From positions 160,001-224,000 of the forward strand of contig JBALDB010000053.1 in the NCBI GenBank assembly GCA_036918135.1: a stretch of 64,000 bases of DNA, given 5' to 3'. Positions 20,802-30,591 of this stretch are shown piece after piece; position 1 is the stretch's first letter; every line of letters begins with the position of its first letter. The notes below the pieces were generated by a model that worked only from the letters and a program-made list of their open reading frames with translations, was not told the origin of the DNA and searched no databases. A program made the translations under genes and the position numbers. Source of the stretch: Nostoc sp. (GTDB lineage: Bacteria > Cyanobacteriota > Cyanobacteriia > Cyanobacteriales > Nostocaceae).

Positions 20802-22937
20802 ATGGAACTCATATCACAAGTTCTTGCTTTGGAACCAACTTCCCAAGTTCTTGGCAAGGAACCAATTGTTTCTTTTGCTATTGTGCTCGTAGTTATCTTA
20901 GTTATACCGATCGTGTTTGAGCGACTAAGATTACCAGGATTAGTGGGTTTGGTTTTTTCTGGACTCGTACTTGGCCCTTCCGGGTGGCATCTATTTCAGT
21001 CAGACTCGCCAATGATTAACCTACTATCAGATATTGGGTTAATTTACTTACTGTTTGTCGCAGGGCTAGAAGTCGATCTCGAACAATTCCGCAAGAGAAA
21101 AAGGCGTGCCTTTGGGTTTGCTAGCTTGACTTTCAGTGTGCCGCTAATTATGGGAACTTTAGTAGGTCTTATTTTAGGCTATGGTTGGAATTCTTCAATT
21201 TTAATTGGCTCTTTATTCGCTTCCTATACCCTTTTGGCATATCCGATAATCACTCGTTTGGGAGTGGTAAATAATGAAGCGGTTACTGTCACTATTGGAG
21301 CTTCGATTTTTACAGATATTGGTGCAGTGTTCATATTAGCCATTTGTGTAGCTATCGCTCAGGCTGGGGCATTCAGCTTGGCTAAGCTACTCACCTTGTC
21401 GGGTTGGTTAATGATTTACTCTGTTGCTGTTGTCGCTGGATTTGATTGGGCAGGTAAAGAATTTTTTCACCGTTCGGGAGACGATGAAGGAAACAAGTTT
21501 TTGTTTGTGTTGCTTTCTGTGTTTCTTGCTGCTGTGGGCGCTCAATTAATAGGAGTAGACAAAATTGTTGGTGCTTTTTTAGTAGGTTTGGCGGTAAATG
21601 AAGCTGTGGGTGAAGGCCCAGTCAAAGAAAAGGTAGTATTTATTGGCAGTGTGCTGTTCATTCCGATTTTCTTTGTTGACCTTGGTTTGCTGGTCGATTT
21701 ACCTGCCTTTTTGAATAATTTGAACGCTCTGAAGTTAACGCTGTTGATTATAATCGGTTTGATTGCCAGTAAATTGCTCGCAGCATTGTTGACAAAACTG
21801 CTTTACCACTACAACTGGCGAGAAATGCTCACAATGTGGTCGCTATCACTTCCCCAGGTAGGTACAACCTTAGCAGCAACGTTAGTCGGATATCAGGCTG
21901 GATTACTCTCCTCAGAAATATTACACAGCATTATTGTTTTAATGGTTGTCACATCAACCTTGGGTCCGTCGATCACTGGTCGAATAGCTGTTGGTTTGAC
22001 TGCCTCGCCAGCCGTAGATCCACCACCAACTACTTTAGCAGATCGCGATGTAGCAGAAACAGACAGTGTGACTATAGTTGTACCTGTCTATAATCCTCAA
22101 ACTCAGCAGTATTTGATAGAAATGGCGACATTGTTAGCGCGTCAGTCAAATGGTAAAATTGTACCGCTCGCGATCGCTACTGCTGCTGCTCACATGGATG
22201 CACCGCAGTTAGAAGCTTCTGTTGAACGCAGCAAACGCCTGTTAACAAAGGCCACCGCCCAAAGTCGAGTATTAGGTGTAGCCGCAGAATCGGTGTTGAG
22301 AATTGATGATGCTTTTGCTCAAGGAATTAGCAGAGCAGCCCGCGAACAAAAAGCTAGTTTAATTGTCATGGGTTGGGGTAAACGTACTGGGTTGCGAGCG
22401 CTGTTATTTGGTAATGTCATTGATGGTGTGCTTTGGGCAGCCCATTGTCCGGTAGCAGTAACACGTTTGGTGGAATCACCAAAAAAAATTCAACGCATCT
22501 TAGTGCCAGTAGAAAATTTAACAGCACCAATATTGCAGCCTGTACAATTTGCCCACATGTTAGCACAAGCAAATCAGAGCCACATTACTGTACTGAATGT
22601 GTGCGAGCGCCGCACTAGTTCCAGTAAAATTGCTTGGAGGCGATCGCATCTCTCTTTATTAGTATCTAAATTAGCTCTACCCAATACCCCAGAAATTCAA
22701 ATTATCGCTCATGAAAATGTTGCTCAAGCAATTTTGCAAGCAGCACGATTATACGATTTAGTAGTTTTACCCTTTATACGCAATCGTACTAGTCCTGGAG
22801 GGTTAGCCATTAGCGATGTCACAACTGAGTTAGCTAGACAACTCACCTGCTCCATTGTCATGCTTGGAGAACCACAACGCACTCAAACAAATGTAGTTAT
22901 CTCTAATGTAGCTACTAGCATGACATCTGCTGTATGA
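20802..22937 (+). CDS. CPA2 cation:proton antiporter with C-terminal USP domains
   Basis: Multi-TM N-terminus (LLF.AGLEVD, FIPIFFV..G); USP motifs LIVMGW...LFGNV.D.V...AHCPV. Confidence 0.9.
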   Translation: MELISQVLALEPTSQVLGKEPIVSFAIVLVVILVIPIVFERLRLPGLVGLVFSGLVLGPSGWHLFQSDSPMINLLSDIGLIYLLFVAGLEVDLEQFRKRKRRAFGFASLTFSVPLIMGTLVGLILGYGWNSSILIGSLFASYTLLAYPIITRLGVVNNEAVTVTIGASIFTDIGAVFILAICVAIAQAGAFSLAKLLTLSGWLMIYSVAVVAGFDWAGKEFFHRSGDDEGNKFLFVLLSVFLAAVGAQLIGVDKIVGAFLVGLAVNEAVGEGPVKEKVVFIGSVLFIPIFFVDLGLLVDLPAFLNNLNALKLTLLIIIGLIASKLLAALLTKLLYHYNWREMLTMWSLSLPQVGTTLAATLVGYQAGLLSSEILHSIIVLMVVTSTLGPSITGRIAVGLTASPAVDPPPTTLADRDVAETDSVTIVVPVYNPQTQQYLIEMATLLARQSNGKIVPLAIATAAAHMDAPQLEASVERSKRLLTKATAQSRVLGVAAESVLRIDDAFAQGISRAAREQKASLIVMGWGKRTGLRALLFGNVIDGVLWAAHCPVAVTRLVESPKKIQRILVPVENLTAPILQPVQFAHMLAQANQSHITVLNVCERRTSSSKIAWRRSHLSLLVSKLALPNTPEIQIIAHENVAQAILQAARLYDLVVLPFIRNRTSPGGLAISDVTTELARQLTCSIVMLGEPQRTQTNVVISNVATSMTSAV

Positions 22938-23050
22938 TACAACTTAGAGTTCAGCCTACTCCAGTAGAGTCAGGCTGCGATGGCATTAACAAAAATCTCT
23001 TCAAGTAAATAACATTGACTGTAGAAGCCTATATCTGTACAGATGTACTA

Positions 23051-23138
23051 TTTAGTTTTAGTACCGAAAAAAAGTGTTAACTGTAAAAACACTTTAGTTT
23101 TAGTACCGAAAAAAAGTGTTAACTGTAAAAACACTTTA
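23051..23138. repeat. Perfect 42-bp tandem duplication containing an 8-bp inverted repeat
   Basis: TTTAGTTTTAGTACCGAAAAAAAGTGTTAACTGTAAAAACAC occurs twice; each copy forms AAAGTGTT-N9-AACACTTT. Confidence 0.95.
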
Positions 23139-23392
23139 AGTTGTTGAAGATTTGATGAACTTTAGCTCAAAAGCTAACAATCTTGAGCAATGTTTGTTAT
23201 TTTGCTAATTAAATTGTTAACAAAGCATATAAAAACATCACAAAACTACAACTGTAGACAAACAGATGAATTCGAGAATAGTTTTCGATTAAATCTTCTT
23301 GGTTTTTCATTCTGTATTTTTATCCCAAAGCTGGGTAACCTAAAGGATAAGTGGAATAGATACTCAAAATATTTGTAAGTAACCAGGAAACT

Positions 23393-24343
23393 ATGAGAAT
23401 TTTGGTGACGGGCGGTGCTGGGTTTATTGGTTCCCATCTCATCGACCGACTAATGAACGATGGGCATGAATTAATATGCTTAGATAATTTTTACACAGGT
23501 CATAAACGTAATATACTTAAATGGTTAGGTCATCCGTACTTTGAATTAATCCGCCACGATATAACCGAACCAATTCGGTTAGAAGTGGATCAAATTTATC
23601 ATTTAGCTTGTCCTGCTTCTCCTGTACATTATCAATACAACCCAGTAAAAACCGTTAAAACTAACGTGATGGGGACACTAAATATGTTAGGGTTAGCCAA
23701 ACGTGTCAAAGCTAGATTTTTCTTAGCTTCAACTAGTGAAGTCTACGGAGACCCAGAAGTTCATCCTCAAAGTGAAGAATATAGGGGTAGCGTCAATCCC
23801 ATCGGCATACGTTCGTGTTATGACGAAGGCAAAAGAATCGCTGAAACTCTTGCATTTGATTACTATAGGCAAAATAAAGTTGACATTCGAGTTGCTCGGA
23901 TCTTCAATACTTATGGGCCGAGAATGCTAGAAAATGATGGTCGAGTAGTGAGCAATTTTATAGTTCAAGCCTTGCGTGGTACTCCTTTAACCGTGTACGG
24001 TGATGGTTCGCAAACTCGGAGTTTCTGTTACGTTTCTGATTTAGTAGAAGGATTTATCCGGCTGATGAATGGCGACTATGTTGGCCCAATCAATTTAGGT
24101 AATCCTGGTGAATACACAATTTTACAATTGGCACAAACTGTGCAGAATATGATTAACCCAGATGCACAGATTAAATTCGAGCCATTACCTTCGGACGACC
24201 CCCGGCGTCGCCAGCCTGATATCACAAAGGCAAAAACTTGGTTAAATTGGGAACCTACCATTCCTTTGCAAGACGGGTTAAAACTAACAATAGAAGATTT
24301 CCGCGATCGCATGAATAGCGATGTCAAGAATTCAGCCTCCTGA
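23393..24343 (+). CDS. UDP-glucuronate decarboxylase (UDP-xylose synthase) family
   Basis: [33 protein letters not shown] and [10 protein letters not shown] motifs. Confidence 0.92.
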   Translation: MRILVTGGAGFIGSHLIDRLMNDGHELICLDNFYTGHKRNILKWLGHPYFELIRHDITEPIRLEVDQIYHLACPASPVHYQYNPVKTVKTNVMGTLNMLGLAKRVKARFFLASTSEVYGDPEVHPQSEEYRGSVNPIGIRSCYDEGKRIAETLAFDYYRQNKVDIRVARIFNTYGPRMLENDGRVVSNFIVQALRGTPLTVYGDGSQTRSFCYVSDLVEGFIRLMNGDYVGPINLGNPGEYTILQLAQTVQNMINPDAQIKFEPLPSDDPRRRQPDITKAKTWLNWEPTIPLQDGLKLTIEDFRDRMNSDVKNSAS

Positions 24344-24486
24344 GCAGTGCCTAGCACCGCTCTCTACTTTCGTGCAAGCCGATCCTATTTGGTAGCCGGT
24401 ACTTTAGTGGCTGTGTTTCCTCTCGGTGTATGTGATGTTGACAATTCCTTTTTTAAACTAAAGCTCAATCAAACGAGGAGTTAAAA

Positions 24487-25878
24487 ATGCGTGTTTGCGT
24501 AATTGGTACTGGTTACGTCGGTTTAGTTACAGGTGCTTGCTTAGCTCATATCGGACATGATGTTATTTGCGTAGATAATAACGAAGAAAAAGTTAAATTA
24601 ATGAAGTCTGGGCAGTCTCCAATTTTTGAACCGGGACTCTCCGAAATTATGCAATCTGCTATTCAAGCAGACAAAATTCATTTCACAAGTGACCTCGCTG
24701 CGGGAGTTGCCCACGGAGAAATTCTGTTTATTGCCGTGGGAACACCACCTTTACCCACTGGTGAAAGTGATACTCGTTATGTTGAAGCTGTAGCCCGTGG
24801 TATTGGGGAAAATCTCAACGGTGGTTATAAAGTTATAGTCAATAAATCTACAGTACCCATTGGCTCAGGTGACTGGGTGCGGATGCTGATTCTGGATGGT
24901 GTTGCAGAGCGGCAGAAAACATTGGTACCCGCAGGTGGGGTGCCGAGTGATGAGAAATTACTTGAGTTTGTATCCGAGTTTGATGTAGTCAGCAATCCAG
25001 AGTTTTTGCGCGAAGGTTCCGCAGTTTACGACACCTTCAACCCCGATCGCATTGTACTAGGAGGCAATAGTCAAAGGGCAGTAGCCTTGATGCAACAATT
25101 GTATGCTCCAATTGTGGAACGCAAGTACGCTGAGAATCAATCTTTACCTTCTGTGCCAATTCTGGCAACAGACCTGAGTTCGGCAGAAATGATTAAATAC
25201 GCTGCTAATGCCTTTTTAGCCACTAAGATTAGTTTTATTAACGAAGTTGCTAATATTTGCGATCGCGTCGGTGCTGACGTCACCCAAGTTGCCAAAGGTA
25301 TTGGTCTAGATTCCCGCATTGGTAACAAATTTCTACAAGCGGGCATTGGTTGGGGTGGTTCCTGCTTCCCCAAAGATGTCTCTGCCTTGATTCACACTGC
25401 TGATGACTATGGCTATGAAGCCCAGCTACTAAAATCCGCTGTTAGTGTCAACGAACGCCAACGTTTGATTGCTTTGGAAAAACTCCAGCAAGTCTTAAAA
25501 ATTCTCAAAGGCAAAACTGTTGGACTACTCGGTCTAACTTTTAAGCCTGATACCGATGATATGCGGGATGCTCCAGCACTCAACTTAATTGAACAGCTAA
25601 ACCGACTGGGAGCCAAAGTCAAAGCCTACGACCCAATTGTTTCCCAAACAGGTATGCGTCATGGTCTTTCCGGTGTGCTAGTAGAAACCGATGCCGAAAG
25701 ACTTGCTGACGGCTGCGATGCTTTGGTACTTGTCACCGAATGGCAGCAGTTCAGCACTCTTGACTATGTGAAGATGGCAAAATTGATGGCCCACCCCGTT
25801 CTCATCGACGGTCGTAACTTCCTTGACCCTGAAGTCATGATCCGGGCTGGATTCCAGTATGTAGGTGTGGGAAGATAG
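24487..25878 (+). CDS. ugd: UDP-glucose 6-dehydrogenase
   Basis: GTGYVG, NPEFLREG, GWGGSCFPKD (catalytic Cys), FKPDTDD.R; SD GAGGAG upstream. Confidence 0.95.
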   Translation: MRVCVIGTGYVGLVTGACLAHIGHDVICVDNNEEKVKLMKSGQSPIFEPGLSEIMQSAIQADKIHFTSDLAAGVAHGEILFIAVGTPPLPTGESDTRYVEAVARGIGENLNGGYKVIVNKSTVPIGSGDWVRMLILDGVAERQKTLVPAGGVPSDEKLLEFVSEFDVVSNPEFLREGSAVYDTFNPDRIVLGGNSQRAVALMQQLYAPIVERKYAENQSLPSVPILATDLSSAEMIKYAANAFLATKISFINEVANICDRVGADVTQVAKGIGLDSRIGNKFLQAGIGWGGSCFPKDVSALIHTADDYGYEAQLLKSAVSVNERQRLIALEKLQQVLKILKGKTVGLLGLTFKPDTDDMRDAPALNLIEQLNRLGAKVKAYDPIVSQTGMRHGLSGVLVETDAERLADGCDALVLVTEWQQFSTLDYVKMAKLMAHPVLIDGRNFLDPEVMIRAGFQYVGVGR

Positions 25879-25965
25879 AGACCCAACAGCGATTAATTAT
25901 GGATAAGAATTGATTACAATTCATAATCCATAATTTCTAACTCAGTTTAAAGTTTAAAGATTTAC

Positions 25966-26000
25966 AATACCGCCTAAATCGTTTTAGGCGGTATTTAATT
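25966..26000 (+). terminator. Intrinsic terminator hairpin, probably bidirectional
   Basis: AATACCGCCTAAA-TCGT-TTTAGGCGGTATT between convergent ugd and DUF2993 genes. Confidence 0.8.
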
Positions 26001-26109
26001 TGTTTTTATTGAAACTTTTTTAGGCTTTACGTGAATAAGCAAAACTTTAGTTTGGATTTACTCTTTCTGAACGGCTTCGCCAAACGTGTCTTTGCATAAG
26101 ATTATCAGA

Positions 26110-26904
26110 TTAAGAGCTACGTGGAATTCGCTCAATTTCAGCATATCCACTGAAAATCAGCTTTTGACCTTCAGTTTCTAAACGATTAAGCCGCATTTTT
26201 ACCCCATCAAGGTCAAAACGATCCAAATCGACCATATTATCTAAAATTTCTACCAGGGTTACACTCAACGTTTGAGAAAGTTCTCTTTGTGCTTCTGGCA
26301 CTTGGTCGAGTTCGATTTTCGGGTCTTTGAAAGAAACTCGCCGCCGCCTTTCAATGCCTATGGTTAAGGTCATAGTTAGGGGCACAAGTTCGCCATTATT
26401 TAAATCTGCCTTTGCTTTGAGCTGTAAGCGATTTTCAGGCAATAGCTGTACCTGGACTTCTGTAAAAGAGACTGGTTCGCCACCAGATAATGCTGTCAAT
26501 GATGGTACAGTGAGGTAAAGCAGGCGCTTTTTCACTAGTTCTGCATTAAAGGCGTGGTTGATGCCTGCCTCTGATAAGATTACTTGAGCGATCGCTTGAG
26601 TCGGTTGCTTGAGATTGAGTTTGCCGCTTAAAACCGAGCCAAAGTCAATAGCCACTGCATCGGTTTCAAATGACATCTCCTCCACCGCAAAATCTTTCCG
26701 AATCACCAGTCCACGACCGCTCATTTTGAAGCTATCAATGCTGCCTTGCAACAGTTTGCTTGAGGGATAGCAGCGCACAAAGACTTCTACTAACTCGCTT
26801 TGGGTAAACAAGTGGCGAATTGTTTGGCTGGCGACTGTATTGAGCATTTGCTCTCCCCAATCTGTGCCTTTAGGATTTTGTAAACCAGTAAGTCCGCCGA
26901 ACAT
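26110..26904 (-). CDS. DUF2993/LmeA-like phospholipid-binding protein
   Basis: DWGEQML...KLLQGSIDSF.MSGRGL...ETD.VAID pattern; start placed at ATG 26904. Confidence 0.75.
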   Translation of the reverse strand: MFGGLTGLQNPKGTDWGEQMLNTVASQTIRHLFTQSELVEVFVRCYPSSKLLQGSIDSFKMSGRGLVIRKDFAVEEMSFETDAVAIDFGSVLSGKLNLKQPTQAIAQVILSEAGINHAFNAELVKKRLLYLTVPSLTALSGGEPVSFTEVQVQLLPENRLQLKAKADLNNGELVPLTMTLTIGIERRRRVSFKDPKIELDQVPEAQRELSQTLSVTLVEILDNMVDLDRFDLDGVKMRLNRLETEGQKLIFSGYAEIERIPRSS

Positions 26905-27332
26905 GTGGTTTTGGGTCTCTAGAAGTTCTTTGTACTCTTGTAACAAATTGTGAAGAATACAGCAAGCGATCCCACGATTGATTGTGCTGATGGATCGGTA
27001 TAAGATGGCTGATGGTTGCTAATTTAATGTATTAAATATTACTTAATTGGACAAAGTTAGTTATTATTGCAGATAAAAGGCTTAGTGAAAAGAAAATATG
27101 TGGATGAAAAACTTTAGAAATTAGACTAAAGAATCTCTAAGTTGAAGGGCAAATGGCACTTACTTAAGTAAAAGTTGCTGCCTAGCTCCTCAACTTCTTC
27201 AAGAAGTCGGCGAGTCTAAATCTAGCTTAAAACAAGTGACATTCATCCCTAAGTTAGAAAATCTGCCCAATGCTGCTACTTTGGATAAAGCAATGCAACA
27301 GGGGCAGATACTTACGTTTCAAGTCTAGAGTC

Positions 27333-29342
27333 TTACTCTAAAAAATTAGGCTTGGGAGTAGTGACACCATTTCTACCAATGGCTGGTATTTCCACTAGCT
27401 GGTCTGTAGCAGTAGGAGTTCCATTAGTATTGCCACTCGGAGTCACTGAAAATTGATTGCCGGGATGTCCATTAGGGATGAACAATTGAGGATGGTCAAA
27501 GGGTGCTTTTTCTAGGAGGACTCGTTCATCGGTGAGTCCGGTTCTTAAGAAAGCAACCAAATCAGCTTTTTTAGCATCGGTTAAGTTCAAAGGTGGTACA
27601 CCAGATCCACCGTCATCACCTCGACCACGATTGTAAAAGTCTACCACTTGCTCTAGAGTTAACTTCCCACCGTTATGCATATATGGAGCTGTCAAGGCGA
27701 TGTTACGGAGGGTAGGTGCTTTGAAAAGTGATGTGGTAGTGTTTCCGGCTCCTGGATCGTCTGAGGCAGGTCTGACACCGTAGTTAGGGAAGAAGCCGTT
27801 AGTTGGATTAGTAATGAGCGGATCGGTTGAATCAGTTGAAGCTACTCCTACGGTTCTTCTCACGGAAGCTCTAGTGAATTCTGGAATCGTATGGCAGGTA
27901 TTACAATTACCGCCACCATTAGCCGTATTATTGACAAACACACTCAGACCGCTTTTTTCTCGATCGGTGAGAGCAGTAGTATTTCCCGCTTGGAATTTAT
28001 CAAAAGGTGTTTGGTCAGACACAAGAGTAGAGATATACTTTTGCATTGCTAACCCAGCGAATAAAGAGAAGTTCCAATCTCTGAGGGAAAACTGATTTGC
28101 AGGTAAAGTTTGTCCTTCCTCACTCTCATTACTATCATCATTTTTGGGGAGAACTGTTGGTGTTCCATTACTGTCAACTTGAATAATTGACTTTGACTTC
28201 CACCATTGCCTCTTAAAGGCTTGCCGAATTAAGCGATCGTAGGATGCGACATCCAGACCTGGTTTAGGGTATCGACTGTTAGAGCCTAAAACACTGTCTT
28301 GCTCATGTACAAGTTGTTTACCTAAAGGTCTGAGGCTTTTGATCTGCTGACCTTTTTTCCGCAGAAACTTAGCACCAACTTGAGGTAAAGTACGACCACT
28401 AGCAGATACCTCAAATGGACTCAATAGTGGTCCGGTTACTAGGGAAGCTAGAGAGGAATTGTTGAGCGAAACGGAAACAGCAGTTAGTTGGTTTGCTTTT
28501 GTAGCTATGTAAACTTTAGCATTAAAGTCTGCTGCTCCTTTTATATTCACTCCATTGAAGGTTTCCTTAGCACGACCATCCCAAAACTGGAGTTTGTTGA
28601 ATATTGCATTAATTACCGTTGGGGTATTACGCGGCTCAACTCGACGCACATTAATTCCATTGACTTGAAAGCCGTCTGGGTCTGGCTCAGATGTAGTCGA
28701 ATCCACTGCTTGACCTGGAATAGTGTTATTCAAAACACTGTTAAACACACCTTGAGATGAGGCAACATCGTTAGTGTCAGAAATAACTGTACTGGTTCGG
28801 TCATTAGGATCTGCCAGTTTATGAAATGGAAAATCTGCCGCCGTGAGTTGATAGTTTGCACCACCACCTACCTGGAAAGTTATATCTTTCAGTGATGCCA
28901 AAAAACCAGGATTGATTTGATTTTTTGATCTGTTATCAACTCCCGCATGAAAGTGACAAGTTGCACAGGACTGAACGCCGTCACTACCAAGCTGCATATC
29001 CCAGAATAGGGATTTTCCTAACTTGAGTAGGGCTGTTTGGTCTTGAACAAAGTCTCCGAGATTGCTTGGTTGAGCTACTGCTGTCAGAAGTGGTGGGGTC
29101 GCCGGGGTAGGGTCTCCAGGTGTAACAGGTGGAAGACTGGTTATGTTATTTAAGGGAGCCGGGTTCGGTGTTACTTGGGCGGATACAATACCTCCACCAA
29201 CACTCATCAGAGAAACTATGACAAAAATTGCCACAGAGCGTGAATATCTTGATACTATTTTGGTTTTAAATCTTAAATAAATCCAAAAAAGCATCAAAAT
29301 TAGCACTAGTAACATTGCTAATGCGCCATTTGACGGTATCAT
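27333..29342 (-). CDS. Exported diheme cytochrome c peroxidase/MauG superfamily protein
   Basis: LGKSLFWD, CATCH, RNTPTV, QFWDGRA, CNTCH, FKAPTLRN and PYMHNG motifs; hydrophobic N-terminus. Confidence 0.9.
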   Translation of the reverse strand: MIPSNGALAMLLVLILMLFWIYLRFKTKIVSRYSRSVAIFVIVSLMSVGGGIVSAQVTPNPAPLNNITSLPPVTPGDPTPATPPLLTAVAQPSNLGDFVQDQTALLKLGKSLFWDMQLGSDGVQSCATCHFHAGVDNRSKNQINPGFLASLKDITFQVGGGANYQLTAADFPFHKLADPNDRTSTVISDTNDVASSQGVFNSVLNNTIPGQAVDSTTSEPDPDGFQVNGINVRRVEPRNTPTVINAIFNKLQFWDGRAKETFNGVNIKGAADFNAKVYIATKANQLTAVSVSLNNSSLASLVTGPLLSPFEVSASGRTLPQVGAKFLRKKGQQIKSLRPLGKQLVHEQDSVLGSNSRYPKPGLDVASYDRLIRQAFKRQWWKSKSIIQVDSNGTPTVLPKNDDSNESEEGQTLPANQFSLRDWNFSLFAGLAMQKYISTLVSDQTPFDKFQAGNTTALTDREKSGLSVFVNNTANGGGNCNTCHTIPEFTRASVRRTVGVASTDSTDPLITNPTNGFFPNYGVRPASDDPGAGNTTTSLFKAPTLRNIALTAPYMHNGGKLTLEQVVDFYNRGRGDDGGSGVPPLNLTDAKKADLVAFLRTGLTDERVLLEKAPFDHPQLFIPNGHPGNQFSVTPSGNTNGTPTATDQLVEIPAIGRNGVTTPKPNFLE

Positions 29343-29880
29343 TAAGACCTCGCTATACGTGCGGGAATCATGACGTTGAGGCCATTCGTGATAGATTAAA
29401 ACAAAATTTATTTTGTCAAAGTATTTACGCTGTAAATTAGCTCAAAATTGAGGTATCAAATTCAATTTGACACAGAATTTTGAAGACAAGAATGAGTGAT
29501 GCTTTTTCAGATGACGCATAGGCGTAGCCAGCCTTAGGCACTGCTAACCCAAAAATTGTGTTTTCCAATCTCATTTTTGCCAAACTTTTAAGCACTATTA
29601 CTTGTTGACAAATTGATTATGCTCTTAATCTTTCATGAACAGGTTGAGGCTGACTTCACGAAAACTCAGCCTTCATTTATGTAGTACTAAACTACTAATG
29701 GGAGATTGTAACTATCTAGAAAATACTAAGCAGCATCGAGCTGATTCTGTAGGCATTTCGAGAACAAAGAAGTTTTTCCTCGCAAAGGAGATTTCGTTGT
29801 TTAAACGCAATACCTGTGAATGAAACTGTACGAAGAATAAACTAATCAGGTAAAGATGATAAAAAATATAATATTGTACT

Positions 29881-29935
29881 TATTAACAAGCTATTAACAA
29901 GATATTGAGAAGCTATTAACAAGATATTGATAAGT
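29881..29935. repeat. Five tandem 11-bp units, consensus TATT(A/G)A(C/G/T)AAGN
   Basis: tattaacaagc / tattaacaaga / tattgagaagc / tattaacaaga / tattgataagt. Confidence 0.85.
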
Positions 29936-30006
29936 TAATAACTTGTAACCCACATTGTGCAGGTTAGTTTTCAAATCTTGGTATTTTTTATAAACCTACT
30001 ATAATA

Positions 30007-30309
30007 ATGGTTTCAGACATTTAACCTCTAGAAAGTACTCTGCGATCGCAAAGAAAACAAGTATCAAAATTCCTTTTATTGATAATAATGTCAATAAAAG
30101 CGATTAACAGTATTATTTATTGGCTGTATCGTCTCAGCTTTGCCGATATAACAGCTTGGAGCAAGCCACAAGTTGCACCCAATAGTGAAGACAAAGAAAT
30201 GATGAGGTATTATAGTCAAACAAGTTATCCTCGACTGAACATAGAGCCAGCGATGCCTACGGCGGGCTATGCCTACGCTCTAATTTATAACCGTAGTCAC
30301 ACTCTTTAG
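30007..30309 (+). pseudogene. Degenerate small cyanobacterial hypothetical gene
   Basis: ATG 30007 is in frame with ORF 30079-30309 but followed by TAA at 30022-30024. AINSIIYWLYRLSFADITAWSKP resembles a common small cyanobacterial family. The 3' part carries an SDR insertion. Confidence 0.35.
30250..30278 (+). mobile_element. SDR5-like 21-nt element inserted into a HIP1 site
   Basis: GCGAT|GCCTACGGCGGGCTATGCCTA|CGC: removing 21 nt restores GCGATCGC. A degenerate inverted copy lies at 29516-29544. Confidence 0.75.
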
Positions 30310-30591
30310 GACATAAGGATGGGGTGAATGCTAGAGTTAGCAATAGTTTTACCTCCTGCCTCCTGCCTCCTGTTATAACTTGCTTTTTAAACAAGCCCGT
30401 AAGCATCGCTGGCTAAAAAATTGTCTTCCAATTCCGATTTATCGCACACTTTAAGCATTATTGCTTATTGACAAATGGTTAATAACCTAAAACTAATTTT
30501 CAGGTATTTAGACCATGATTGATACGGACAGTAGGAGTGGGGAATAGTGTAGTTGAATAACTTGAAAAGCGCTGTAAACTCTCACCAATGC

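Noticed and set aside
23051..23138. Possible mini-CRISPR array
   Set aside because: Two directly adjacent copies with no spacer, and no cas genes in the window.
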